Below, piece by piece: positions 51,149 to 63,150 of a DNA stretch of 64,000 bases; the stretch's first letter is position 1, and each line of letters opens with the position of its first letter. The position numbers and the translations under genes were made by a program. This DNA comes from Thelocarpon superellum. Lineage: Eukaryota. Below the pieces are notes generated by a model, which saw only the letters and a list, made by a program, of their open reading frames with translations, was not told where the DNA came from and did not search any database. The stretch is taken from positions 1 through 64,000 of the forward strand of contig JAPEUG010000054.1 in the NCBI GenBank assembly GCA_026025795.1. The letters run 5' to 3'.

Positions 51149-51667
51149 GGTGACAGCACTTCTGCGGAAATGCCCAAAAGGAGGAGACGAAAAATCGGTC
51201 GGCGGACTCGACTCTGGTGCAGGAGAGTCGTGGCAGCCCCCCCGCTACCGAGCGGGACAGCGTCGTCAGGCGAACGAGAACCCCACGCCGGTACCCCTAA
51301 CGACCCGTACCCGTGCCTGAAAGCATGGGTGAAGGCCGCCCCACGCCAGCGACCGACGCCGGACGCAGCACAGGCGCCAAGCCAAGGCTAATAATAATAA
51401 TGGCATGGGGTGCTCGCCTTCTCACCCCCGGGCTCTCACACCTCTGAAACCAGCAGCATGGCGACCGTGTTCGTACTCGTGCTACAGGCCCACGCTCCCT
51501 ACACCGGTGAGTGGATCGCATGAAATCGTCACGTATCTCTTCGCCGTTGGAAAGGCGTCCGCACTCGAGCCAGTCGTCGACATTGTCACGCCTCACTCCT
51601 CCATACCCATGTGGCGAGCGCACACTGGCACAGCGACGCGGGTGCTACACTCGAAAGGGGCCCAACT

Positions 51668-52798
51668 ATGAGCGGGCTGCCCACGACCCACGAGTCTTCA
51701 TGGCGCCAGTCCTTTCAGTCGACCCTGGCGCTGGCGTCCATGGGGATGAAGAAACCCCGCTTCTACATCGCCGCCACCGTCGGTGCGCTGCTGCTCCTCT
51801 TGTTGTATGTCGCAGCCAGGCCAGGCCCATGTCCCGCGTCTGCCGCGAGCAGCCACTGACCGCAAAGCAGTTGGACCATACACACGTCCGACACCTCTCT
51901 GGCCGAACTCGAAGTGCCATCGGTGACGCTGGACTTTCATTCGTCGCCCTTCAATAGCAGCAGGCTGGCGCTGCTGGTGGAGAACCGGAAGATGCCCAAT
52001 CTGGTGCCGCTGATGCTGCACATGATGTCGGTCGTGCCGCCAGAATGGCGGTTCAACTTCATGGGCTCGGAGGAGTCGGTGGCACAAATGAACGGCTCGG
52101 CCGCCATCCGACGGCACGTGAGCAGCGGCAAGCTCGACCTGACCCTCGTGCCATCCAACATGAGCGTCGCGAGTGCAGAGGAGATCAGCCAGTTCTTCAC
52201 CACGCTGTGGCTGTACGACACGGTGCTGGCGCCGGCCGAGCACCTCTTTGTCTTCCAGACCGACAGTGAGTGCGACCTCTCCTCCGCTCGTCCGGCCGCG
52301 AGGCAGACGCTGATCCACAATGCACCAGGTATCCTCTGCGCCAACAGCGAGCAGAGCCTGAACGACTGGATCGATTACGACTGGATCGGGGCGCCATGGA
52401 TGCCAGAAGACCGATGGGGCGGCAACGGCGGCCTCTCCCTGCGACGAGTGAGCGCGATCAAGGAGATTCTGCAGCACCAAGAACGGCGAGTCGACTCGCA
52501 GGCCGAGGACGGCTGGCTCAGCGACCGACTTGCGGCGCGACCCGGCGCGCGCGTTGCCAACGCGAGCGAATCCGGCCGCTTCTCCAGCGAAACGCTCTTC
52601 AGCGAGCGACCGATGGCCTACCACATTGGCGGCTCGGGCACGATGATGCCCGCCGCCTTGCACCCCAAGAAGAACCGGCAGCAGATCTACGAGTACTGTC
52701 CCGAGTTCAAGCTGATCTTGGAGGTCATGGATGTCGATGGCCGCATCCCCGAGGGATGCGCCCTGGGAGACACGCATTTTGATGACGGATCGTATTAG
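51668..52798 (+). CDS. DUF5672 family type II membrane protein (putative glycosyltransferase), copy 1
   Basis: N-terminal TM 'FYIAATVGALLLLLFW' across intron 51805-51870. Motifs 'ALLVENR', 'VPPEWRF', 'FVFQTDS|ILCANS', 'YDWIGAPW', 'GGNGGLSLRR', 'EDGW', 'YCPEFKLI'. Confidence 0.85.
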
Positions 52799-53095
52799 GA
52801 GCATTGGCTTAGCTTGGCTTGGTTGAGGGTGGCCGAACTTCGCGTTCTGTATGAGTGCTGTACTGAGCTGTTTGATATCTGGGTAGATGGGTAGTTGGGT
52901 ATTCTAGTGGTAGCAATACGTTTGGGGTTGATCACATCGACTCCGTCTTGGCTATGGTCCGATCGTGCCCAGGCAACCCGTGCTTCCATTTCCATTCGCA
53001 TCTACTCTATCCATGCATCCTAAAGAATACGCCTGGGTCCAATCCCTGCATTCGACGGCTCGTTGGTGGGCCGGGACTACCAGCGAACCCCCATA

Positions 53096-54567
53096 TCACT
53101 TTTTGGTATTCATCATGATGTGGGAGTAGCTGTTACGCTCGTCAGCTGTGCCTGCCAATGGGACGAGATGGAGAGCGGAGCGAGGCCGCGGGTGACGTAC
53201 GAGATCATCCCGCCTAGCGCGAGTAAAATGCCGAAGATGCCCTTGTCGTTCACCGCCCGCCCGCTCGCGATCCAGCCCAGCGCCACGATGGAACATGTCT
53301 TGAGGTGGCCCACGACCGTGCTGCTGACCGGGCCGGCGCCGGAGATGATGAAGAATTGCGAGATGTTGATGAGACATGCACAGAGCCCGCTCTGCCCTGG
53401 ATGTCAGTCGTGGGTCAAGAGCAAGACGGAGGTTGTCCCGCACGTACCATGAGCACCAGAATGCATCGACCGAGCGTCAGGTCCGACCAAGTCGGGAGCG
53501 TGTCGGTGAAGGGAATGACGTAGAGAAGGAGACAGCCTCCAACGGGCATCAGGTTGAAGAGGAGCTGCATGCTGGCTAGCTGAAGTCGCTTCAGGTATGA
53601 CGCCACCCAGACCGTGTACACGGAACTGGCCAGCACGCCGGCAAAGGCAAAGAAGACGCCTGTCGGCGAGGTCGGCTTGGCCTTGAGGTTCGGATTCCCA
53701 CGAGAGTCGTAGTATGTCACCATGGCCACCCCGAGGCATGCCGGCACAAGGGCGAGCGCGGCGGCCCGGGAGATCTTGGTGCCGTAGAGGACAAAGTTGA
53801 TGATGACGACCGTGGGCGTCAGGAGGATCCGCGAGATCTGGTAGAAGGTGACGGACGAGAAAGCGAGCGAGGTGTTGGGCAGGATGACATTGAGCGCCAG
53901 CGCCAGCGCCAGCGGGGCCATGGCCCTGATGGGCACGCGTTGTGGCACAAAGAGGCCAAACTTGGGCCGTGACACGACATAGAGCGCGGCACCGGAAAGG
54001 AAGAAATGATACGCGGCAAAGCTGGTCTGCGCGTGCCGGAAGGCCTCCAGGTCGAAGATGTGCTTGTTGATGAAAACCTGGGCCTACGTGTAAGTCCCCC
54101 TCTCGATCCAAGACGCCACACGCCGCCGGGGTTAGGGGACGTACGATGCCAATGGTCGCCAGCGTGTTCACCGTCATCCACAAGGCCAGTCGTCCTCTGG
54201 ACTGACCGTCGCCTCGATCCTGCACCTTCTCCTCGCTGACGGGTTCGTCGCGGTCCAGGGACTGAGCCAGGGCATCGTCGACGCTTTCGCCACCCTCGCT
54301 CACCGAACTCAAGGAGCTCACGTCGCTGAAATGCAGCACCTCCTCTTTGGACTCGACGTTGCCCACTTGGACCACGAACGGCTCATCCTCGTGGGTTGGG
54401 GGAGATTGAGGCATGTTTGGTGATGAGGAGGAGGAAGCGGCATCCGCAGTCGCGTCAAGTATGCCTTTGCTCTCGTCCTGGGCCAGCTGTGGCTGGAGGC
54501 TGCGAGGTGCGGACCATGGCTTCTGCTTCACACGGCCGCTCCACAGCGTACCGACAAGTTCTGGCAT
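53096..54567 (-). CDS. Nucleotide-sugar transporter (TPT family, SLC35E3/URGT-like)
   Basis: 'VNTLATIGIV|FINKHIF', 'NVILPNTSLAFSSVTFYQISRILLTP', 'SMQLLFN', 'NISQFFII...GPVSSTVVGHLKTCSIVALGW'. About ten hydrophobic segments, three introns. Start codon uncertain. Confidence 0.9.
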
Positions 54568-55349
54568 GATGAACAACGGACATGCGGCCAGGAGCAGTGT
54601 ACAGGACCGGCCCTGTCGAGACGTGAAGGGTGCCAGCGTCTGGAGAGGTGCGACGAGCCATAGGCGAGACCTACCGCTGCTATTGGGGACCTCCCTACGG
54701 GAGTGGTCGACGAGTCCTGCTGGAATTACAAAGGAGCTCGTTAGGCGCACTCGTACCGGCCGTGCATGGTGCCTGAACGCCCGAGGCGCCGCACACGGCT
54801 GCATGACACGCCACTACCGTTACTTTCCGCGCCACTGGGACGACTGGCGTTCGCAGGGTTCAGTGGCCACGGCTCGTGCGCCCGGTGGTGGCACTGACCC
54901 GCCCCAGGCCTTGTCCCACGGTGTCATCCCATCCCGGCCGACGGTGGCCGTTTTCGAACCTAACCGTGCCTGTTTCGCCGTCTGCTGCGCCTCCATGCAC
55001 TGGCCAGCACGTCGCGTCCGGTCATTGCTGCCACCTCACCATCATCCGCATTGACAGGATCAATCGCTGGAGCTCGGCTGGTTGCGGAGGCTCACCGTCT
55101 GGAGATCACCTTCGACGGGACCCGCGTCACGACGCTATTGAATCCGACTGTAGCCGTCAGGGCTTTGCACGCATGAAACGAGAGACTTGGACATTCCTTC
55201 CAGCCTTCCAGGTGGTCTCTTGAGTCCGGCTGTTGCAAAAAGGATTTTGGGTGCCATCCTGGGGATCGTCGTGCCCTATCGGTACACTTCTCCTATTCAT
55301 CGGTCTGCGCTGCCACTGAGCGGTCGTTGAATCCTCGTCGTTGGACATC

Positions 55350-56819
55350 ATGATGAGCGCGGAATATCCTGCTGGCATGTACCATCAGTCTCCTCGACGA
55401 GGCGACTTTGCGCTGACTAGCGGGCGGTTCAGCGGCGGGGCCGAATGGTGGCGGCAGCCATCTCGCGGTGGAAGGGTCGGTGCTGAAAGGCACCACCCAG
55501 TTCGAGCCGCTGCCGGAAGTTAAGAACATCATGGTCACGGGCGGCGCGGGCTTCATGTACGACACCCCCCGACCATGCTCCAGATCAGATCCAGATCCAG
55601 AATCAAATCGTCGGCGTTCCGGGCGACCTTGATCGATCGCTGCTCGGGACGGACTCGTGCTAATAGCGCTGCCTCCAATTAGTGCGAGCTGGGTGGTGAG
55701 GCACCTGGTGCTCACTTATCCCCATGCCTACAAAGTGGTTTCGTTCGACAACCTGGACTATTGCTCTTCGCTGAATAACACGCGAATGCTGGACACTCGC
55801 AAGAACTTTGCCTTCTTCCACGGGGATATCAAGCGGTCCGAGGACGTGGTGCGGTGCATCAAGATGCACGAGATCGATACCATCATGCATTTTGCGGCGC
55901 AGTCGCACGTCGACCTGAGCTTTGGCAACTCCTATCGCTTCACCAGCAACAATGTGTACGGCACGCACGTGCTGCTGGAGTGCGCCAAGGAGATGAAGAT
56001 CCGCCGATTCATCCATGTCTCTACGGATGAGGTCTACGGCGAGATCGATGACCAAGATGAGGATCCGATGGAGAGCAGCCTGCTGGCTCCCACCAACCCC
56101 TATGCCGCCAGTAAAGCGGCGGCGGAGATGCTGGTGAATGCGTACTGGAAGAGCTTCAAGCTGCCGGTGATCACGGTGCGGAGCAACAATGTATATGGGC
56201 CCCACCAGTTTCCCGAGAGTAAGCCTGTCCTTCCCTCCTTCTCTTCTGTCCCCCTCGCCTTTGCTCTTGAGCTCCCATCCTCGCCGTCGCCATGGCCTGA
56301 TGTCTGACCGGTGTGGCAGAGGTGATTCCCAAGTTTGCCTGCCTGCTACAACGGGGCTCGCCCTTGATCCTCCATGGTGATGGCAAACACACGCGGCGCT
56401 ATCTTTACGCGAGCGATGCGGCAGATGCCTTTGACACGGTCTTGCACCGCGGCTGCCTCGGCCAGATTTACAACGTGGGCTCGCGCGACGAGATCTCCAA
56501 CTTGCAGCTCTGCTCTGAAGTGCTCCGTCTCTTCCACCTGCCGCACGACACAGAGGAGGAGCGGGCCAAGTGGATCACGCACTCGCGCGATCGGCCCTTC
56601 AACGACCGACGCTACGCAGTGAACGCGACGAAGCTACATCAGCTCGGATGGGAGCAGAAGGTCTCCTTTGCCGAGGGACTCGAGACGACGGTCGCGTGGT
56701 ACCGGCTTTATGGGCAGAGTTGGTGGGGCGATATTCGGAATGTCTTGGTCCCCTTCTCCTACGTCGCAGATAAGAAGGTGGTCTCCGAGGACGAGGGCGT
56801 GGATATTCCATGTCCATGA
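55350..56819 (+). CDS. UDP-glucose 4,6-dehydratase (RmlB/RHM N-terminal type)
   Basis: 'NIMVTGGAGF|IASW', 'DNLDYCSSL', 'HFAAQSHVDLSFGNS', 'HVSTDEVYG', 'PTNPYAASKA', 'RSNNVYGPHQFPE|KVIPKF', 'DRPFNDRRY'. Confidence 0.94.
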
Positions 56820-57287
56820 CCACGGGTCCGACCACGTGCTGGGCGCGTGGCGCCTCGTGCACCCATCTCTTGCCACCCCCGCATTCCACCACGTCATTTT
56901 GTGTCATGTCTTCCTTTCACCCTCGCTTTGGTCTGAAGTCCATGTGTTCGACGATGCTCTGAGAAGTAGATGCAGAAGATGTCGTACGCATGAAGTACCG
57001 CTAGTAGATGCTTGAGATCAGGTCGAAAAGTAGATGCATCACGACGGCGTAACTACACTGATTGGAGGCGGCACGTCAGAACCAATGGCGCTTTGGTGGG
57101 CGCTATGTGACGGCACGCCACCCGTCTTGCGTGATCTGCGCGAACATGAGCAACGCCGGCGCCCCTACGCAGGTACCGTCGCTAACGCTCGCCCCAAGAG
57201 ATTCCAGGAGACTTGCTCGAAGACCCAAGCCAGGGATACCCAGCACCCCAATAACAACGGTGCAGCAAGCCAGGGCCTGGCTGTGCG

Positions 57288-57357
57288 CCCAGCACCCAGC
57301 ACCCAGCACCCAGCACCCAGCACCCAGCACCCAGCACCCAGCACCCAGCACCCAGCA
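57288..57357. repeat. Heptanucleotide microsatellite (CCCAGCA)10
   Basis: Ten perfect tandem copies. Confidence 0.97.
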
Positions 57358-58064
57358 CTTCGTACTCGCATCCTCGTGCTCTACAAGTAGAGTATTCAAC
57401 GACCGCTAGTACTACTCTTACACGGCTGCATCAACAAATGACGTAGGAGGACTCGTAGCCTGGCTCCAGACACACGATCGGTCATGCAGCTGGCAGCTTG
57501 GCTTCAGGATGAAACCCAAGCGAAGTGAGCTCGCCGGCTGTGCTCGTGGGGGTGGTGTCCGGGCTACTCGTACTCGTACTCGTACTCCTTGACCTCCTTC
57601 AAAGGAGTTCGTCCTGCTGCGACAATGACCTGGACTCGTACCCGTCTATTACCGGCCGCCGTAGTGCCGGCGCGAGGGATCAGAACACGGCCCTCGCTAC
57701 GAGCGACGAGTAGGGAGCCGCTACGGGGCGGGGCCTCGTGCTTGACGATGGACACCATTCCATTTGCGATGAACGGAGGACTTTCGGTAGGAGGGAGCGC
57801 CAAGAAATATCCTCGTCGGCGCATAAGCATTGGGCGTGAGGTGAGACTCTCTACGCCGTCCACCCAAACATTCAAAGGCCACAGCGACGCAACCGGCGAG
57901 GGGCGGCCATGGTGCCCGCAAGCACCCGAATTACGACCGACGTCTCTGCGCGCTCAGTCTTGACCCAGGCAACATCGCCAGTGGCTTCACGACGGTGAGA
58001 GCTGCCTCGCGTCGACGCAATCCTGACGACGCGCCAAGATCGGCTCCCTCTCCCTCCATCCAAG

Positions 58065-59160
58065 ATGTTGCCGGGAATCTTGTCCCGGGGCGACCAGCAC
58101 ACGCTCTGGATCTATCTATCCACTTTGGCCCTGGTGTAGGTGACCTCTGATCGAGCGTTGCCCGCGCACGAGACGAGATGGCATGGCGCTGATGCACCGA
58201 CCGCACAGATGGCTGTTTGCCGCCCTCCTCCCCTCGCCCTCGAGCACAACCCACATGATCCAGCAAATCCTCCCCTCGGTCCGGGTCGACTTCCATCCCT
58301 CGCGCTCGCCCTACAATGAATCGAAACTGGGCCTGATGGTGGACAGCCGGCCGCTGCCGCAACTGGCACCGTTGTTGTTGCACATGATGTCGGTGGCGGG
58401 CCCCGACTGGAGGTTTCTGTTCCTAGGCTCCAACGAGAGTGTGGCGCTCGTCAACACCAGCTTTGCCGTGCGCCAACAGCTCGAGGCCGGTCGACTGTCG
58501 CTGCGAGAGATGCCTGAGGAGAACGTGACAACGAGCCAGGAGCAGTACAGCCAGCTGTTCACCAACCTAGCCTTCTACGAGAGCCTTCTCCCGGCCGAGT
58601 TCTTGTGGGTCTTTCATGCCGACAGCGTCATCTGCGCCAACTCGGAGCAGAATCTCGACGATTGGCTAGAATACGACTGGGTCGGCGCGCCATGGTATGT
58701 GACGAGGACTGCGACTCGCTGTGGCCTCGCCTCTTCGATACAACGGGGAGACTGACGCACTTTCGGCAGGGACGAATCCAAAAGCGTTTCGTGGAACACG
58801 CGCAAAGGAAACATGCCAGGCGGCGATGGCGGATTCTCACTGCGGCGCATCTCGCGCGTCATGGAAGTCCTACGCTTCCAAACCCGGTACGTGGAGGACA
58901 TCGATCCAGAGGACGAGTGGCTGGCGGCGCGCATCGGCAATTTGCCCAATGCCAAGATGGCCTCGCCGAATGATGAGCGGCGGTTCTGCGTAGAGGATCA
59001 GTGGTATGAGCAGCCCATGGGCTATCACCTGGGCCGCGTGCTGGAAGCCAGCGGTGATCCTATCTGGAACGATCCCCAACGACGACGCGCCATCTTTGAC
59101 TATTGTCCCGAGGTCAAGATGGTCCTGCCCATGGTGAAAGTCAACCGCACGTGTTTCTAA
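58065..59160 (+). CDS. DUF5672 family type II membrane protein (putative glycosyltransferase), copy 2
   Basis: TM 'TLWIYLSTLALV|WLFAALL' across intron 58136-58208. Motifs 'PLLLHMMSVAGPDWRFLFLGS', 'VFHADSVICANSEQNLDDWLEYDWVGAPW', 'GGDGGFSLRR', 'EDEW', 'PMGYH', 'YCPEVKM'. Second intron 58695-58769. Extra 5' exons from ~57748 are possible. Confidence 0.85.
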
Positions 59161-59298
59161 GAAGCGTCGATCGAGGCCGGGCTTCGAACTTGGGTCATGG
59201 ATGTTGGGTGTTTGGTTGGTTGTCTCTCAGAAGAGAGCTTTGTACATAACATACTGGAAAGAAGAATTGGAAGGTATCCAAAGGAGAAAAAGGTCATA

Positions 59299-61232
59299 TC
59301 ATCTTCCGTGCCGCCAAATAGCATCAGCCATCTTAACCACCTGCGCCATGTGCGCGACGTCATGGACGCGCACGATGTCCGCGCCGCCAGCCACCGCGGC
59401 GCTGATGGCAGCCGCAGTACCCCAGATGCGATCCCTGGGCTCCGCGACGCCCGTGATCCTCCCAATGAAGGCCTTGCGACTGGGTCCCACCAGCCACGGC
59501 AAGCCCTGTAGGCCTGACCAGTCGCGCAGGAGGTGGAGGTCGCGTAGCAGCTCGAGGTTCTGCGCCTGCGTCTTGGCGAACCCGATGCCCGGATCAACGA
59601 GGATGCGCCATCGTCGTATGCCTGCCGCCTCCGCGGCTTGGACTCGTGCGGAGAGCTCGCGCGCCACGGTAGGGACGATCCCCTCGGGATATTGCGTCAG
59701 TTGCGTCATGGTGCTCGGTGTTCCCCGCATGTGCGTCAGGCATATGGACGCGCCTAGCTTGGCGACCGTCGCGAGCATCGCGCGGTCCAGCGTGCCGCCC
59801 GAGACGTCGTTGACCAGGTCCGCACCGGCGCCGACGGCCTCCGCCGCGACCCGCGCCCGGTAGGTGTCGATGCTGATGCAGAGAGGACGGGTTCGCGCTG
59901 CGGATCGCAATGCCCGAATCATGGGTACGGTGCGGCGAAGTTCTTCCTCTTCACTGACCTCCATCGCACCTGGTTTGCTCGACTGCCCGCCGACGTCGAC
60001 GATCGTGGCGCCAGTGACGTCGAGTAGCTCCATCGTGCTGCTGGCCAGGGCATCCACGTCCACGTTGAAATTATCGCCGCCGTCAGAGAAGGAGTCAGGC
60101 GTGACGTTCACAATTGCCATGACTTGCGTCGAACGGTTTTCCGCTAGAGGAGTCAGGGGTGGTAATGATGGAGAAACAGGCGTAAGTGTCGATGTAGCGG
60201 ACTCAGAACCTGGTAGAGACTGTAAAGTGGTTTGAAAGGTTGTCAATGGGTGCGGCGAGGGGTGGAAGCCGTTCGGAATAAGGCTGCCTGGTCAGTCCTA
60301 ATCCTGCCCTGCGACAAGGTGTTACTTACTCGCAGAGTGGACGAAGGACGAATTCTCGCTCCAGCATCAGCGGATGCGGGATTGTGAGCCTTGAGTGCTG
60401 CATGGAAAGGTGGTCATAGAGCAAGATATCCAAGTCGATGTTCCGAGGGCCTTTATCAACCACTTTCTGCCGACCCATATGCCGTTCGATGTCTTGAAGC
60501 TCTTCAAGCAGCTCCAGAGGGCTCAGCTCCGTTGTAATCTAATTGTCACCGCGTTAGACGCACCGCGGGCCACCGTGTACCATCGACTTCTATTTCGACT
60601 AACCTCACCAACACCATTTACAAACGGAGCTTGATCGACGACGTACATGGCCTCGGTTTCGTATAACGAGCTGGTCCGGGCCAGCGCAATTCCTCGTCGT
60701 TCCATCTCACGACATGCCCGTTCAATCATCGCAATCCGATCTCCCTCATTGCTTCCTAGGCCTATGAAGGCCCGTGCTTTTGGTGTGGATGAGGTGGTAT
60801 CATTGTTGGCGGCTGAGGTGGGCAAGGGTCTTCTCGCGGCCACCCCGGAGGATTTCCTGTCGTGTGCGACTGATTCCGTACAAATTGGCCACCTTCTAGA
60901 ATGTTGAGGGATCTGCAATAAGGGTTCATCTCGATAGAGTGCCGCGTGTCTGGAGCACAAACGTCAGCGAATTGAAACACCGCTACGCACAATGGCGGGC
61001 TAAGCAGATTGACATACGAGCAAGAGCCTTCCCCGCCGCTCTTTTCGGCTTCGCGATAGTCAGCTGTGTGTTTCAACGATGACACGCTTAGACATGATTG
61101 GCTTCCAGGCAAAGCTAAGCTACGTCCTGGTCTGAGCAGTGCGCGCCGGCGCTCTGTGTGGAAGGATGAATGTGGCCAGAGCTCGAATGAGCGACGCAGA
61201 GACCATCGCAAGAGCAGTGGAAACTCGAGCAT
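59299..61232 (-). CDS. FOL1: Folate synthesis protein, bifunctional HPPK-DHPS with probable mitochondrial presequence
   Basis: HPPK 'AFIGLGSNEGDR', 'SSLYETEAMY', 'GPRNIDLDILLY', 'IPHPLMLEREFVLRPL'. DHPS 'NVTPDSFSDGG', 'ISIDTYRA', 'NDVSGG', 'HMRGTP', 'DPGIGFAK', 'SRKAFIG', 'VRVHDV'. Intron 61017-60950 joins an Arg-rich first exon in phase. Confidence 0.93.
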
Positions 61233-63150
61233 GTTTTCTGTCTCATTTTGCCAAACTAGGATACGGGTGGCTGCATGTGGTAATGGAATGTTGAGTGGGT
61301 ATGAGGATCGTGTGGTATCGAATATGTGGCGGATGCGTCTAGAGGTGCGGCGCACAATTGAGTTGATGTCGGATATTAGTAAGCGGAGATTGGCGCGAAA
61401 GTGTGGTGGTGGGGACTCCTAGTCTCCAGGCGCTCAAAGACTCCGCCCTCTGCCCATCTCCACACTAACCGTGCTTGGAGCAGGCTATATCCAAATGCTC
61501 TACCAAGGGTGAAGAGGATCTTGTTGAAATCACTGGAAAGAAATATATCAGACGTCGATTGTGTGCGAGGTGGGTCGTTACGGACAGACAGGAGAGATCG
61601 TTATCGTAATCATCTTGAGACCGTTACGAAAAGAGATCAGATGCAGAAGCAGCAGGCCCGTGGGGGAGACTTGGGCGCATCAAGACTTTTACATCAAGAC
61701 CACCAAAAAGACTATACCAAGGTTCGTATGACAAGGTCACCTCGGCGATGTCTTCCAGCCCGCGAGACTTGTCTGCACCGTCGCCATCGACTCAAAAGAC
61801 ATCAGCATGGAGATCCATGATGTCGAAGCCCACCACCGCCGCCCACGAGAAACGCTGAGGAGCCAACGGCTTAGGGAGGAGACAAGTCCACTCTCTACCG
61901 AGGGACAACCGCCAGGGAATCTCCGGTGGACCGACGTGCGCGGTACGGCAATCCGGAGAAGAGACTGCACGCTTGGGCCTACGAGAATTGCGCGAACGTT
62001 CGACAAGCCTGGAGCACAATCCGTTCCACTGCTGGACGTCCGCGGGTGCATAAGTCGTCACAGATGGGATACTTGAAGGAAGAGGTTTGCCACGATAGGA
62101 GCATCACATGCGTCATGTTCTGCGCGTGGGGGGCCATTGCAGATTTCGCAGAAGTGCGGAATACCATACCTAGGCTATGGGCGCAGGCGGGGTCGTGCAC
62201 TGCCCGTACTCGTTGTGGGCCACGCACGAACGACTCACGAGTAGGGATGGCTCGCAATATAAGTTGCGGCTCTGCGGTTCGGGTCCTTCGGTCGGCTCCC
62301 CTCGGCTCCCTCGATCATCACCTTGCCTTGGTGCGACCTTTCTCACCGGCTTCGCGAGCAAGCTCCCCACACTCGGCGCGTGCCGCCCATGGTCTGTATT
62401 GGTAGTGCCACCAGGGCAATGAATGCTTGAGCCGGTGCTCACTGGGTATGGTCCGTCTAGATCAGGTCTTCATTCGTCCTAGCATCTCTAGATCTAGCCC
62501 GCTTCAGGCGTGAGTCGCTAGTCTCGTAACGTTGGAGACGCGCCCTGCCCGGGGCTAAGGGACGGCCTGGCGGGCGTTCGCCCTGACCTCAGCCGGTCCC
62601 GACGCGAAAGCGCCTTGCACACGCGACCTCCCTCGTCCAGGAGCGGCGACGCGGCCTCCATCGTACCGTGGTGCATGGTCAAGTCACTCTGGCCCATGTC
62701 TCGCTTCACTCCCCCGGTCACATCCGCCATGCTGGCGCCGGTGGAAGGCTCGACAGCAAAGACGACTTGCCTGCCGTTGTACCACCATCTCATAGGTCCT
62801 TTCCATCTGGCCCCCTTCGGATGAGAGATCACCGCACCTGGGTCCCACCTAAACCCTAGCGCAGCGGCATGTCTCCCGGCGCGCACCTCGTCGGCCTCCA
62901 AGGCCTCCACGGCCATGCCCGATTCGACCCACGCCGCTCGGGATACGAAATACCCACGGCAGAGGAGGCTTAGCTGTCAGCCTCGTCTCCCCTTGCTGTC
63001 GCCCCCGTCACACGACCCTTTAAAGACCCATGTGTAGCCCTTGCCTGGCCAAATGCACCCATCGCGCAACCCCGTCATCAATCATCATTGTTCGTATGCT
63101 GATGTCGAACGATGGGTCGACGCCTCGCGCCGCCGGTCTCGTTCAGCATC

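Noticed and set aside
51698..52804. 368-aa antisense ORF over DUF5672 copy 1 (similar long shadow ORFs at 27352-28332, 32811-33515, 15076-15705)
   Set aside because: Each mirrors a well-supported gene on the opposite strand; expected from GC-rich codon bias and has no recognisable motifs.
57288..57357. Tandem repeats as a possible CRISPR array or telomere seed
   Set aside because: Perfect short tandem units without spacers, not TTAGGG-like, and in a eukaryotic context.
61400..62920. Short ORFs between FOL1 and the terminal gene
   Set aside because: No motifs or consistent exon structure; treated as intergenic.
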